62,022 nt of DNA from an uncultured Lentimicrobiaceae bacterium (lineage in GTDB: Bacteria > Bacteroidota > Bacteroidia > Bacteroidales > DASVHX01). Of this stretch, positions 41,332 through 51,387 are shown in pieces (positions within the stretch are counted from its first letter, which is position 1; the number at the start of each line of letters is the position of its first letter). The DNA is taken from the NCBI GenBank assembly GCA_964511085.1, contig CAZEDO010000002.1:7945-69966 (forward strand), given 5' to 3'. The notes under the pieces were generated by a model. It was not told where the DNA came from. It saw only the letters and a program-made list of their open reading frames with translations, and made no database searches. Both the position numbers and the translations under genes were made by a program.

Positions 41332-44300
41332 ATGTCCTTCTCTCTCCCCCCGTTAAAACACAGCTTAAAAGTTTTTATAAAACCTGCCCTGATTCTACTC
41401 CTCTTTGCATTATTATTATCAGGCTACGCTCAGAAACCTGCAAATGACAAACCAGGTGAAGCATACAATCAGGCAATTAAAAACGCAGATAAACTTTTGC
41501 TATCTGCCGACTATCTTGCTGCAATTAAGGAATATGAAAAAGCTCAGAGCCTTGCCCCTACCCAAAAGTATCCCCAGGAGAAGATTGCTGAAATTGGAAA
41601 AATATTATCGGATACCAAACTGAACAATCAACTCTTTGATGCTGCCATCACCAACGGAGCAAAGTACTTTAATGCTAAGAACTATAAGAGTGCCAAAACG
41701 GAATATATGAACGCCATGCGGCTCGATCCGGAGGCCCAATTTCCAAAAGATAAGATTTTGGAAATTTCGAAACTCTACACCGATCCCGAAGATGAAGCCC
41801 TCTATAAAAGTGCAATTACCAGTGCTGATAACTCTTTCGGCAAAGCAAGCTATGACGAGGCCATCAATTACTATAAACAATCACTTACAATAAAGCCTTT
41901 CGAAAAGTATCCCAAAAACCAGATTACTGAAGCTACACGTCTTAAAGCTGAACTTGAAGCCAAAAGAGATCAATATACAAAAGTCGTTTCCGGAGCCGAC
42001 AAACTATATGATGCTAAAAAATATCCTGAAGCCCGCGTAGAATATGTTAAAGCTATCGGCATATTGCCCAGAGAAACTTATCCTTCGGGGAAAATAGCTG
42101 CTATTGATCAGATGGCTGCAGCCGAAAAAGCCGGTAATGATGCTTACACAGCCCTTATCACTGAAGCCGACAAATTATATATTGCCCGCGATTTCGAGAA
42201 TGCACGTATCCGCTACGAACAAGCTCTTAAAATGAGGCCCGGCGAGCGCTATCCTAAAAGCATGCTCGAAAAAGCCGACATGGGTGAAACAACTGTTCGC
42301 ACCACCCGCCAGCGCTACGATGCTGCAATTACAAATGCCGACAACCTTTATAAAACTGCTGACATTGATGCCGCACTTATAGGCTACCAGTCTGCTTCCG
42401 GCATAATGCCCGATGAAATATATCCGAAAACAAAAATCGCAGAGATCAGCAAGATCGTAAGCGAACGTAACAGCCGCAAGGATGCTTACCGCATAGCTAT
42501 TGCAAATGGAGACCAGGCCTTTGATGCTACTCAATATAATAAAGCTTTGGGCGATTACAAAAATGCTCTTTCGCTTCAGCCAAACGAGGATTACCCAAAG
42601 TTGCGCATTGCGAAAATTGAGGCTATCCTTCTTAAAGAAAAGGAGTTGCAGGATAATTATAATAAAGCTATCATTGCTGCCGATAAAGATTTTTCTGCCA
42701 AAAAGTATCCTGAAGCCATCACCGGTTATCAGTTGGCAATAACATTGAAACCAGTCGAAAAATATCCACAGGATAAGATTACCGAAATCAATGGCATCCT
42801 CGACAATCAGCGCTCTGTGCAGGAGAATTATGATAAAGCTGTAACTGAAGCCGATAAAGCCTTTGGCGAAAAGAATTATACCGATGCATTGGCAGGTTAC
42901 AAAGCAGCACAAGGATTTAAAGCTACCGAAAAATATCCGCAGACAAAAATCACTGAAATAAACGGCATCCTCGGTCAGCAGAAAGCGATGGAGGAAAGCT
43001 ACACCAAAGCAATTGCAGCTGCTGATAAAGCCTTTGCAGAGAAAAACTATACGCTTGCACTAACTAGTTTCCGGTCGGCTCTTGGAATCAAGCCTTCCGA
43101 GACATATCCACAGGAAAAGGTCACCGAAATCAATGGCATACTTGATCAGCTAAAAACGTTACAGGTAAGCTACGACAAAGCTATCGCTTCTGCAAATATG
43201 GACTTTGGGGAAAAGAAATACACAGAAGCTTTGGCAGGATATAAGTCGGCACTCGAACTGATGCCAGTCGAAAAATACCCGCAAATAAAGATCACTGAGA
43301 TCAACACACTCCTTGGCCAGCAAAAATCGAAACAGGAGAATTACGATAAAGCAATTGCTTCATCTGATAAGGCCTTTGAAGATAAGAAATACACCGAAGC
43401 CCTTAACGGCTATCAGTCAGCGCTTACACTCATTCCCGGTAAAACATATCCACAGGGAAAAGTAACCGAAATAAATGGCATTCTTGCTACTCAAAAAGCA
43501 GTTGAAGACAATTACAACAAAGCTATCGCTGCCGCAGATAAAGATTTTGCTGCAAAGAAATACACCGAAGCAATAACCGGATACAAGTCAGCATTGACTA
43601 TCAAATCTGGCGAATTATATCCTCAGCAAAAGATCACAGAAATCAATGCAATTCTGGATCAGCAAAGAAGTTTACAGGAGAATTATGACAAAGCCATTGC
43701 CGGAGCCGATAAAGCATATGGTGAAAAGAGTTATTCACTTGCACTCATGGATTACCAGTCAGCAAGTGGATTAAAACCTTCTGAAACTTACCCCAAAATA
43801 AAAATCACTGAAATCAACAGCATTTTAGGACAGCAGAAAGCATTGCAGGAAAGCTATGATAAAGAAATAGCATTAGCAGACAGGGACTTTGCAGCTAAGA
43901 AATACGCCGATGCAATCACAGGATACCAATCGGCGCTCATGATAAAGTCAGAGGAAAAATATCCCCAGGAAAAGATCACGGAGATAAGCGGAATCATGGC
44001 TCAGCAAAAAACGCTGCAGGAAAGCTATGAAAAGAACATCGCTGCTGCCGACAAAGATTTTGGTGATAAGAACTATTCCCAGGCACTCACCGGTTATCAG
44101 TCAGCAATTGGACTGAAACCAGACGAAAAATATCCGCAGGGTAAGATTACGGAGATCAATGCTATACTCGGCCAGCAAAAAGATGTGAAGGATAAATACA
44201 ATAAAGCCATAGCAAATGCAGATCAGGCGCTTGGCGCTAAGAAATACGGCGCAGCCCTTGATGCTTATCGGTTGGCACTTTCACTGATCCCTGGAGAGAG

Positions 44301-46992
44301 CTATCCACAGGGAAAAATCACCGAAATTGATGGTATTCTTGCTGCTGAAAAGGCAACACAGGATAATTACGATAAAGTAATAAACTCTGCCAATAAAGAC
44401 TTTTCTGAAAAGAAATACGATGAAGCAATGGCTGGTTACAAATCAGCACTTACGATTAAAACCGGAGAAACATATCCGCAGCAAAAGATATCAGAAATCA
44501 CTACAATCCTTAATCAGCAAAAGGAACTCCAGGAGAACTACAACAAAGCCGTCGCTGATGCTGATAAAAGTTTTTCTGAAAAAAAATATTCAGCTGCACT
44601 CACCAGCTACCAGTCAGCAAGTGGATTGAAACCTGATGAAACCTATCCAAAGTCAAAGATCGCGGAAATTAACACCATCCTCGGACAGCAGAAAGCAATG
44701 CAGGAAAGTTACGACAAGGCGATAGCATCCGCTGATAAAGAACTTGCTGAAAGAAAATACCCCGAAGCAATTACCGGCTATCAATCTGCTCTTTCCATCA
44801 AACCGGGTGAAACTTATCCACAGGAAAAGATCACCGAAATAAATGGTATAATCGCCCGGCAGAAAGCACTTCAGGAAAGCTACGATAAAGCGATAGCTTC
44901 TGCTGACATATATTTTGAAAAGAAGAACTATACCGATGCCCTCACTGGATTTCAATCGGCACTCAGCCTGAAATCTGACGAAAAATATCCGCAGGATAAA
45001 ATCACCGCGATAAATGGAATTCTGGGTCAACAAAAAGCTCTGCAGGAAAGCTTTGACAAAGCAATTGCGGCAGCCGAGAAATCCTTCACTGATAAGGATT
45101 ATCCACAGGCAATCAACGGATATCAGGCGGCTCTCGGCATAAAGTCCGGCGAAAAATACCCACAGGATAGGATTACAGAAATCAATACGATAATCGCGCA
45201 GCTGAAAGCCATACAGGACGGCTATGAAAAGGAAGTTGCTTCAGCTGACAAAGCTTTCAGCGAAAAGAGTTACCAGGCTGCGCTCACTTCCTACCAGCAG
45301 GCATTGACCATCAAACCTGACGAAAAACTCCCGCAGCAAAAGATTGATGAGATCAACGGTATCTTTGAACAGCAAAAAACGCTGAATGCCAACTATGACA
45401 AGGCTATTGCTTCCGCTGATAAGGCTTTTAAGGAAAAGAATTACTCCAATGCCTTAAGCACTTACCAGTCAGCACTTACGTTAAAACCTGACGAAACATA
45501 TCCGCAACAAAAGGTTACAGAAGTTAACGGAATCCTCGGCAAACTGAAAGCTATTGACGAAAGCTATGATAAGGCTTTGGCTGCCGCCGATAAATCCTTC
45601 ACCGATAAGGAATATACACAGGCAATGGCGGGTTACAAAGCCGCACTTGTTATTAAACCTTCCGAGAAATATCCACAGGATAAAATTGCTGACATCAACG
45701 TGTATTTTGCCGACCAAAAATCCAAACAGGCAGATTACGACAAAGCGATCACCGCCGCCGATAAAGCATTGGCTGAAAGCGATTACTCCACTGCGCTGAC
45801 CGGTTACGAATCAGCATTGGTGCTGAAGCCCGGCGAGAAGTATCCACAGGAAAAGATTACCGCGATCAAAGAAGTGCTGACCCAGCAAAAGGCTATTGAG
45901 GACCAGTACAACAAGGCCATTGCTAATGGCGACAAAGCATTTGGTGAGAAGAATTATGGTGCAGCTATTATAAGCTACCAGCTTGCGCTGGGTATTAAAT
46001 TAACGCCTGGCACATATATCTTCGCCAATGCTGCAAATGGAGAACAAAAAAAGCTCGATGGTAAAGGCGCCACCGCATATCCACAGGAACGCATAACGGC
46101 AATCAACAAAATAATGGATGAGCAAAAAGCCCTTGATAGCAGATACAACAAAGCAATTACTGCTGGAGATAAAGCGTTGGCTGACAAGGACTATTCTCTG
46201 GCGCTTACCAGTTACCAAAATGCACAAGGCCTTAAACCCGGCGAAAGTTATCCGCAGGAAAAGATTATTGCTATTAACGCCATTTTTGCAGCCGATAAGG
46301 AAGCAACTGACCAGCGATATGCCCGGCTGATAAGCCAGGCCGATGCAGAATATGCCGGAAAGAACTATGCCGATGCTCGTTCAGCCTATCAGCAGGCTTC
46401 ATCAATGAAACCCGGCGAAACTTATCCAAAGGACAAACTTACCGAGATCACCAACGTGCTGCAGGCCCGCAACAAGGAGATGAAAGATGCATACGATGCT
46501 ATAATTATGAATGCCGACAAAGCCTATGCGACCCGCATATTCGACCAGGCGATTGACTTTTATGAGAATGCCCGCAATGCCAAGCCCGATGAAACCTACC
46601 CCGAAGAAATGATTGCCAAAATACGCAAATACATGGCAGACCATTCCATCGTTAACATCACCAACGAGACATTCCTGGTTCGTAACAACACTGAGAAGCG
46701 TTATCAATTTAAATCTGTTGATGCCCGTGTACGTAAAAACAATTACGTTGTGATAAAAGCCCGCAACCCCGGAGCCTCCAAGCCTAAAGTATATCTTAAC
46801 TATGGAAAGGATAACGCCAAGAACGGTGGCATCGTTATGCGGAGTATCACCAGCGACGTAAATAAAGAATTCATCATCCGAATCAGCGTACAGGATAAAT
46901 GGTACCGGGAGGATAATAACTGGATCGGGATCACTGCCGAAGGAGGAGATATTGAACTGTCGTCAATACAGATTGCTCAAGGGGACGAGTAG
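41332..46992 (+). CDS. Giant exported TPR-like repeat protein (30 x ~57 aa) with a C-terminal beta-rich domain
   Basis: Signal peptide; consensus YDKAIA.ADK.F.EK.Y..AL..YQ.AL.IKP.E.YPQ.KI.EIN.IL..QK; 171-bp DNA period. Confidence 0.9.
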   Translation: MSFSLPPLKHSLKVFIKPALILLLFALLLSGYAQKPANDKPGEAYNQAIKNADKLLLSADYLAAIKEYEKAQSLAPTQKYPQEKIAEIGKILSDTKLNNQLFDAAITNGAKYFNAKNYKSAKTEYMNAMRLDPEAQFPKDKILEISKLYTDPEDEALYKSAITSADNSFGKASYDEAINYYKQSLTIKPFEKYPKNQITEATRLKAELEAKRDQYTKVVSGADKLYDAKKYPEARVEYVKAIGILPRETYPSGKIAAIDQMAAAEKAGNDAYTALITEADKLYIARDFENARIRYEQALKMRPGERYPKSMLEKADMGETTVRTTRQRYDAAITNADNLYKTADIDAALIGYQSASGIMPDEIYPKTKIAEISKIVSERNSRKDAYRIAIANGDQAFDATQYNKALGDYKNALSLQPNEDYPKLRIAKIEAILLKEKELQDNYNKAIIAADKDFSAKKYPEAITGYQLAITLKPVEKYPQDKITEINGILDNQRSVQENYDKAVTEADKAFGEKNYTDALAGYKAAQGFKATEKYPQTKITEINGILGQQKAMEESYTKAIAAADKAFAEKNYTLALTSFRSALGIKPSETYPQEKVTEINGILDQLKTLQVSYDKAIASANMDFGEKKYTEALAGYKSALELMPVEKYPQIKITEINTLLGQQKSKQENYDKAIASSDKAFEDKKYTEALNGYQSALTLIPGKTYPQGKVTEINGILATQKAVEDNYNKAIAAADKDFAAKKYTEAITGYKSALTIKSGELYPQQKITEINAILDQQRSLQENYDKAIAGADKAYGEKSYSLALMDYQSASGLKPSETYPKIKITEINSILGQQKALQESYDKEIALADRDFAAKKYADAITGYQSALMIKSEEKYPQEKITEISGIMAQQKTLQESYEKNIAAADKDFGDKNYSQALTGYQSAIGLKPDEKYPQGKITEINAILGQQKDVKDKYNKAIANADQALGAKKYGAALDAYRLALSLIPGESYPQGKITEIDGILAAEKATQDNYDKVINSANKDFSEKKYDEAMAGYKSALTIKTGETYPQQKISEITTILNQQKELQENYNKAVADADKSFSEKKYSAALTSYQSASGLKPDETYPKSKIAEINTILGQQKAMQESYDKAIASADKELAERKYPEAITGYQSALSIKPGETYPQEKITEINGIIARQKALQESYDKAIASADIYFEKKNYTDALTGFQSALSLKSDEKYPQDKITAINGILGQQKALQESFDKAIAAAEKSFTDKDYPQAINGYQAALGIKSGEKYPQDRITEINTIIAQLKAIQDGYEKEVASADKAFSEKSYQAALTSYQQALTIKPDEKLPQQKIDEINGIFEQQKTLNANYDKAIASADKAFKEKNYSNALSTYQSALTLKPDETYPQQKVTEVNGILGKLKAIDESYDKALAAADKSFTDKEYTQAMAGYKAALVIKPSEKYPQDKIADINVYFADQKSKQADYDKAITAADKALAESDYSTALTGYESALVLKPGEKYPQEKITAIKEVLTQQKAIEDQYNKAIANGDKAFGEKNYGAAIISYQLALGIKLTPGTYIFANAANGEQKKLDGKGATAYPQERITAINKIMDEQKALDSRYNKAITAGDKALADKDYSLALTSYQNAQGLKPGESYPQEKIIAINAIFAADKEATDQRYARLISQADAEYAGKNYADARSAYQQASSMKPGETYPKDKLTEITNVLQARNKEMKDAYDAIIMNADKAYATRIFDQAIDFYENARNAKPDETYPEEMIAKIRKYMADHSIVNITNETFLVRNNTEKRYQFKSVDARVRKNNYVVIKARNPGASKPKVYLNYGKDNAKNGGIVMRSITSDVNKEFIIRISVQDKWYREDNNWIGITAEGGDIELSSIQIAQGDE

Positions 46993-47123
46993 GAAGAAGT
47001 CAGGAGTGCGCTAAAGTTCCTGGAGTACTTAGAGTTTGAATGAAGAGTGCAAAATGCAGAATGCAAAACATCAGCTGACTGCTGACCTCTGTTCGCTTAT
47101 TCTAGCAATGTTACTCTTAGCGA

Positions 47124-47190
47124 CTCTCTCTGCGGATTGGCACCCTGAACGCCTCTCTCTGCGTATTGTCAGCCTGAACGGAGTCGAAGG
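47124..47190. repeat. 29-bp tandem duplication ending in a REP-like unit
   Basis: ctctctctgcggattggcaccctgaacg / ctctctctgcgtattgtcagcctgaacg(gagtcgaagg). Confidence 0.6.
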
Positions 47191-47447
47191 CAATAGCGTA
47201 GAATTTAGAACAAACTGACTGTTAATAAATTATTTCCTACTATCCATTGTTTTTTTAATATAACCTCCCTAAATTAGCATACTGTTAACCGCTCGTCTGC
47301 TGCAAAGTACTTCCGGAAGGGAGTGGGTGTGGATATGCTCGCCTTATTTGGATACGCATTTTGTTCTTATCAGTTCGTTATGCGAAAATTAGGTTTATAC
47401 AAATCAGCATTACATTGTATTATAACAAACTTAAACAAGAAGGTCTT

Positions 47448-47813
47448 ATGAAAACAAAAAGATTAGTTATCAGCACTTTATTGGGAGTAGTATTCGGTTT
47501 TGTTTGCTTCGGTTTTGCCTCAAGCGGGTCGAACGAAGTATCAATTTACCTGGCACTTAACATAATTCTCAGCCGCACGCTTATCGGCGTGGCCATAGGA
47601 ATAAACCGTTTTTCTTGTAAACACTGGGCTTTGCATGGTATCCTAATGGGTTTTATCTTTAGCCTGCCCATGGCTTTTGGAGCCATGCTGGCGCCTGAAA
47701 ACCCTGAATTTAACCACAACATGATCTTTATTTCTTCCCTTGTAATGGGCGTGATTTATGGCTTTTTAATTGAATTAATTACGTCCGTTCTCTTTAAAGC
47801 AAAACAGGAGTAG
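47448..47813 (+). CDS. Hypothetical 4-TM membrane protein
   Basis: Four hydrophobic segments; ATG at 47448 after an AT-rich leader. Confidence 0.75.
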   Translation: MKTKRLVISTLLGVVFGFVCFGFASSGSNEVSIYLALNIILSRTLIGVAIGINRFSCKHWALHGILMGFIFSLPMAFGAMLAPENPEFNHNMIFISSLVMGVIYGFLIELITSVLFKAKQE

Positions 47814-47825
47814 TTATTTTTTTAA

Positions 47826-47994
47826 AAATGAATTACTCTGCCGCAGAGCAGCAGAGTATAAGAACCCCGAAGCCAGAATCCGGAATTTTTAAATTCTGAC
47901 TTCTGTATTCTGCATTCTCTTAAAAAATAAAATAATAAACGCAACAAGCCTGCCTGAAGGCAGTTAGGCTGCGGGGAATTATACCCAAAGAAAG
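47826..47994. mobile_element. Dispersed MITE-like element, copy 2, with a nested 20-bp palindromic insert
   Basis: Aligns to 20167-20311; extra cctgcctgaaggcagttagg at 47949-47968. Confidence 0.65.
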
Positions 47995-48004
47995 AATAAA
48001 AATT

Positions 48005-49240
48005 ATGAATACAAGAGATATTGCTGTAAAGAATCCTTTCAACATAGTAGTTATTGTTGCTGCATTGGGATATTTTGTTGACATCTATGATCTTATACTT
48101 TTTGGAATAGTGAGAGTGCCGAGTTTGAAAGGGATTGGCGTACCTGTTGATCAATTGCTCGAAAAAGGAATCTACCTGCTGAATATGCAAATGATCGGAA
48201 TGCTTCTCGGGGGCATTTTGTGGGGGGTGATGGGAGATAAAAAAGGACGGCTTCCTGTATTGTTCTTTACTATAGCTCTGTATTCCGTTGCCAATATTGC
48301 AAATGGGTTTGTCACTACTCTTGAGCAATATGCAGCACTTCGTTTCATTGCAGGTCTTGGATTAGCCGGTGAATTAGGCATCTGAATAACGCTTGTTGCC
48401 GAAGTAATGAGCAAGGAAACCAGAGGTTACGGAACCACCCTTGTTTCGGGAGTCGGAATTGTGGGAGCTGTACTGGGTTTCCTTGTTGCTGATTTATTTA
48501 ACTGGCGCGTAGCCTATTTCGTTGGCGGTGGATTGGGGCTATTGCTCTTGCTTCTGAGGGCTTCCGTTTTCGAATCCGGCATGTTTGAAAAAACAAAGAA
48601 AGAATATATGCATGTTAAACGCGGAAATTTCCTGAGTTTGTTTACAAACCACGCACGTTTACTGAAATATTTTCTTTGTATCATGATAGGGATTCCAACC
48701 TGGTACGTTGTGGCAATACTGGTAATACAGTCGCCTGAGTTTGGAAAAGTCCTTCATATAAAAGGAAACATTGATGGAGGCGCAGCAGTGATGTGGCATT
48801 ATGTCGGGCTTTCGATAGGCAGTTTTGTTACCGGGCTGCTCAGCCAATGGCTTAGATCCAGGAAGAAAGCTTTATTTATTGCCTTTATATTGCTACTGAT
48901 TTTTACAATACTTTATTTCTCTTCGTATGGTTTTTCAGTAGTTGCATTTTACTTTATCTTAGTCTTGCTTGGAATTGCAGTAGGCTATTGGGCCGTATTT
49001 GTCACAACAGCATCCGAACAGTTTGGCACAAACCTAAGAGCAACAGTTACCACCACTGTACCCAATTTTGTCAGGGGAGCTACAGTTCCTATAACGTTTG
49101 CTGTTCTTTACCTTAAGACAAAATTTGACTTACTTACTGCAGGTATTATTGTCGGGGCAGTTTGCATCGGGCTCGCGCTCATCTCTCTATACCTCCTGGA
49201 AGAAACCTATCATAAAGACCTTGATTATAATGAAGAATAA
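48005..49240 (+). pseudogene. MFS transporter interrupted by an in-frame TGA at 48383-48385
   Basis: ORFs 48005-48385 and 48407-49240 are in the same frame and read ...GLAGELGI*ITLVAEVMSKETRG...; MFS motif G..GDKKGR. Confidence 0.85.
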
Positions 49241-49795
49241 GGATTTTTAGTTCAGGTGAGAAGGAGTTTTGATGGTAGCAGATATTCGCTTACCGCATTT
49301 GTTCTAATGGTATGTAGTCTGATTCCTGCTCATATTCCGCTGATAAGCCATTCAGGCATGGCTCCGGAATGCGATTAACTGCAAGCTGACTACTGATTGT
49401 TAATAAAATAATTCACATATCTATTGCTTTTTAATATTACATGATTACCTTTGAACATGTAAGCCGTATGCCATTGAGCTATTTTCCTTCTGAAAAGACG
49501 GCCTTGAATGAACTCCCCCTGTCTTGGATGCTACTAATACCTGATTCATGTATTGCCTGATGAACTGTTAATAAGCGGGTAATTTATTAAATGAATAGCA
49601 GCAAATAATTTCCAAAAAAAGAATTCAGCATAAAACAAAACATTCAATAATTCGAAAATTAACTACCATATGCTTTTTCAGATTATTGGTAGAATGTCGG
49701 CACGAATAACCCTTTTCCTGAATATTTGATCTGAATGTTATCAGACAAAAAAATAATTTTAACTAAACCGAAAATTAACTCAAAATCAAAAACTT

Positions 49796-50710
49796 ATGAA
49801 AAACGTACTATTTTTTGTAATCGGTCTGGTCTTTTGTTTTAAAATCCAGGCTCAAACAGTAGAGGATATTGATAACAATGTCTATAATACTGTTACTATT
49901 GGAAATCAAATCTGGATGAAAGAGAATTTAAAGACCTCCCGGTTTAACGATAACTCAAATATTACTTTAGTTACGGATAATACGACCTGGTCTGGCTTAT
50001 CAACACCTGGATACTGCTTTTATAATAACGATCCGGGTACTTATAAAGATACATATGGGGCATTGTATAATTGGTATGCTGCAAGTGCTGGTAATATATG
50101 CCCGTCGGGCTGGTTTATCCCAACAGATTCTGATTGGACTGTATTAAGTACTTTCCTTGGAACTGAATCAGTAGCAGGAGGAAAAATGAAAGAAGCTGGC
50201 CTGGATCACTGGATTAGTCCTAACAGCGGGGCCACCAATGAATCCGGCTTCACAGCACTTCCAGGTGGTTATCGTGATGTAAACAGCAGTTTCAGCAGCA
50301 ATACAAGTAATGGACGTTTCTGGTCTTCTACTGGAATTGACAATACAATTGCCTGGGGAAGAACAGTTTTTTATGATTCCTATAATCTTAGTAAATCGGT
50401 ACGTGATAAAAAATTTGGATTATCTGTGAGGTGTTTGACCAATGTTACTGACATAGATAAGATCAATTTTAACGAGAAAATAAAGATATATCCTAATCCT
50501 GCAACCGACAATCTGTTCATAAATTGCAGCAGCTTTAACTCAAATTCTGTAGTATTATCAATTTACAATTTACTCGGGGATCGGATTTTTGTCAATGAAT
50601 TGAACAGTGCCGAAAATTCAATTGATTTATCTTCTTACCCGAAAGGAATGTATCTTATAAAATTAACTTTAGAACAGGCAAATTATTCCGAAAAGATAAT
50701 TAAAGAATAG
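49796..50710 (+). CDS. FISUMP (Fibrobacter succinogenes major paralogous) domain protein with T9SS type A CTD
   Basis: DIDNNVYNTVTIGNQIWMKENL, YGALYNW, GFTALPGG.R, SVRC; CTD IYPNP...KGMYLIK...KIIKE. Confidence 0.92.
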   Translation: MKNVLFFVIGLVFCFKIQAQTVEDIDNNVYNTVTIGNQIWMKENLKTSRFNDNSNITLVTDNTTWSGLSTPGYCFYNNDPGTYKDTYGALYNWYAASAGNICPSGWFIPTDSDWTVLSTFLGTESVAGGKMKEAGLDHWISPNSGATNESGFTALPGGYRDVNSSFSSNTSNGRFWSSTGIDNTIAWGRTVFYDSYNLSKSVRDKKFGLSVRCLTNVTDIDKINFNEKIKIYPNPATDNLFINCSSFNSNSVVLSIYNLLGDRIFVNELNSAENSIDLSSYPKGMYLIKLTLEQANYSEKIIKE

Positions 50711-50817
50711 ATTACCTGATAGTTATTCAATTTTTATTAACACTCCTGGCTGTTTAATTTATTAAACACATTTCTATTTCCCGAAATACTGATAAAACAA
50801 TCAGAATCCTTTTATAT

Positions 50818-51219
50818 ATGAATGAAAGCCTCTGCAACGAAAATGGTTCCCCTACTGAAGCCGGGCTAAAACTTCTGGCTGAATGGAATGTTGTAATCGA
50901 AGACGTTTCCGTCATGCTCAGAGTGATTGAACAAATGTGGCATGGAAATAAGAAAGGTTATAAACTCAGTGGAAAGCGTGTTCAGCATCTCGAGCTTCAT
51001 ACTGCTGGCTTACCTGGAAATGAAGAAATAATAGTTGCTTTGCAACAGAATACAATCTTTTGGGGCCGGTATTGGAAAACGCATAAAAAAGGCGGGCATT
51101 ACTTCTTTACTATCAGGCCTATGAGATTAATATTTGTAGGTGAAGTAATTTCGAGAACCAGGAGGAAATGGAACTACACCGCCCCCGGTTTGCCCGAGGG
51201 TTTCCTAAACAAAGTATAG
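50818..51219 (+). CDS. Hypothetical protein, phage-like family
   Basis: ATG-started 133-aa ORF with LELHTAG..GNEEII.AL..N..FW...W....GGHY.F. Confidence 0.65.
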   Translation: MNESLCNENGSPTEAGLKLLAEWNVVIEDVSVMLRVIEQMWHGNKKGYKLSGKRVQHLELHTAGLPGNEEIIVALQQNTIFWGRYWKTHKKGGHYFFTIRPMRLIFVGEVISRTRRKWNYTAPGLPEGFLNKV

Positions 51220-51387
51220 TATATCGCAGTTCGGCTCAGATAGCGGTTCTCCAGTATATAAACGGAGAAAAGTCAAAACCGCTAAAATCCAGAAAACATC
51301 CTGCTATTATTATATGGCAGACAGAATACCAAATCTTTATAGACTAACCCGGGACGCCAATGCAGTTTATCCGGCAACTGATTAGAA

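Noticed and set aside
42175-46707. Antisense ORFs within the giant repeat gene, and similar shadow ORFs elsewhere in the track
   Set aside because: They are reverse-frame by-products of codon bias over well-supported genes and have no recognisable motifs
41332-46992. Regular 171-bp periodicity as a CRISPR or non-coding array
   Set aside because: It lies entirely within one open frame and is conserved at protein rather than DNA level; there is no repeat-spacer structure
47036-47218. 60-aa ORF after the giant repeat gene
   Set aside because: It is composed of heptamer and REP-like repeats and has a TTG start; likely spurious
47296-47345. c-di-GMP-I riboswitch-like GCAAA..hairpin(GGAA)..GGG
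   Set aside because: The downstream ACGCAAAG and the second stem are missing; insufficient support
47822-48328. 168-aa minus-strand ORF
   Set aside because: It is antisense to the MFS gene and runs through the non-coding repeat element
48383-48385. Selenocysteine or genetic code 25 (TGA=Gly) recoding
   Set aside because: The position is not Cys-like and no SECIS was recognised. TGA acts as a normal stop for other genes (e.g. ends at 12434, 16334, 26097), and no other gene shows an internal TGA.
50260-50440. Second DGR VR, or the TR for the 54401-54577 region
   Set aside because: It has many A-ending codons, is not AAC-rich, and differs from the other copy at many non-A positions; it is an ordinary paralogous FISUMP segment
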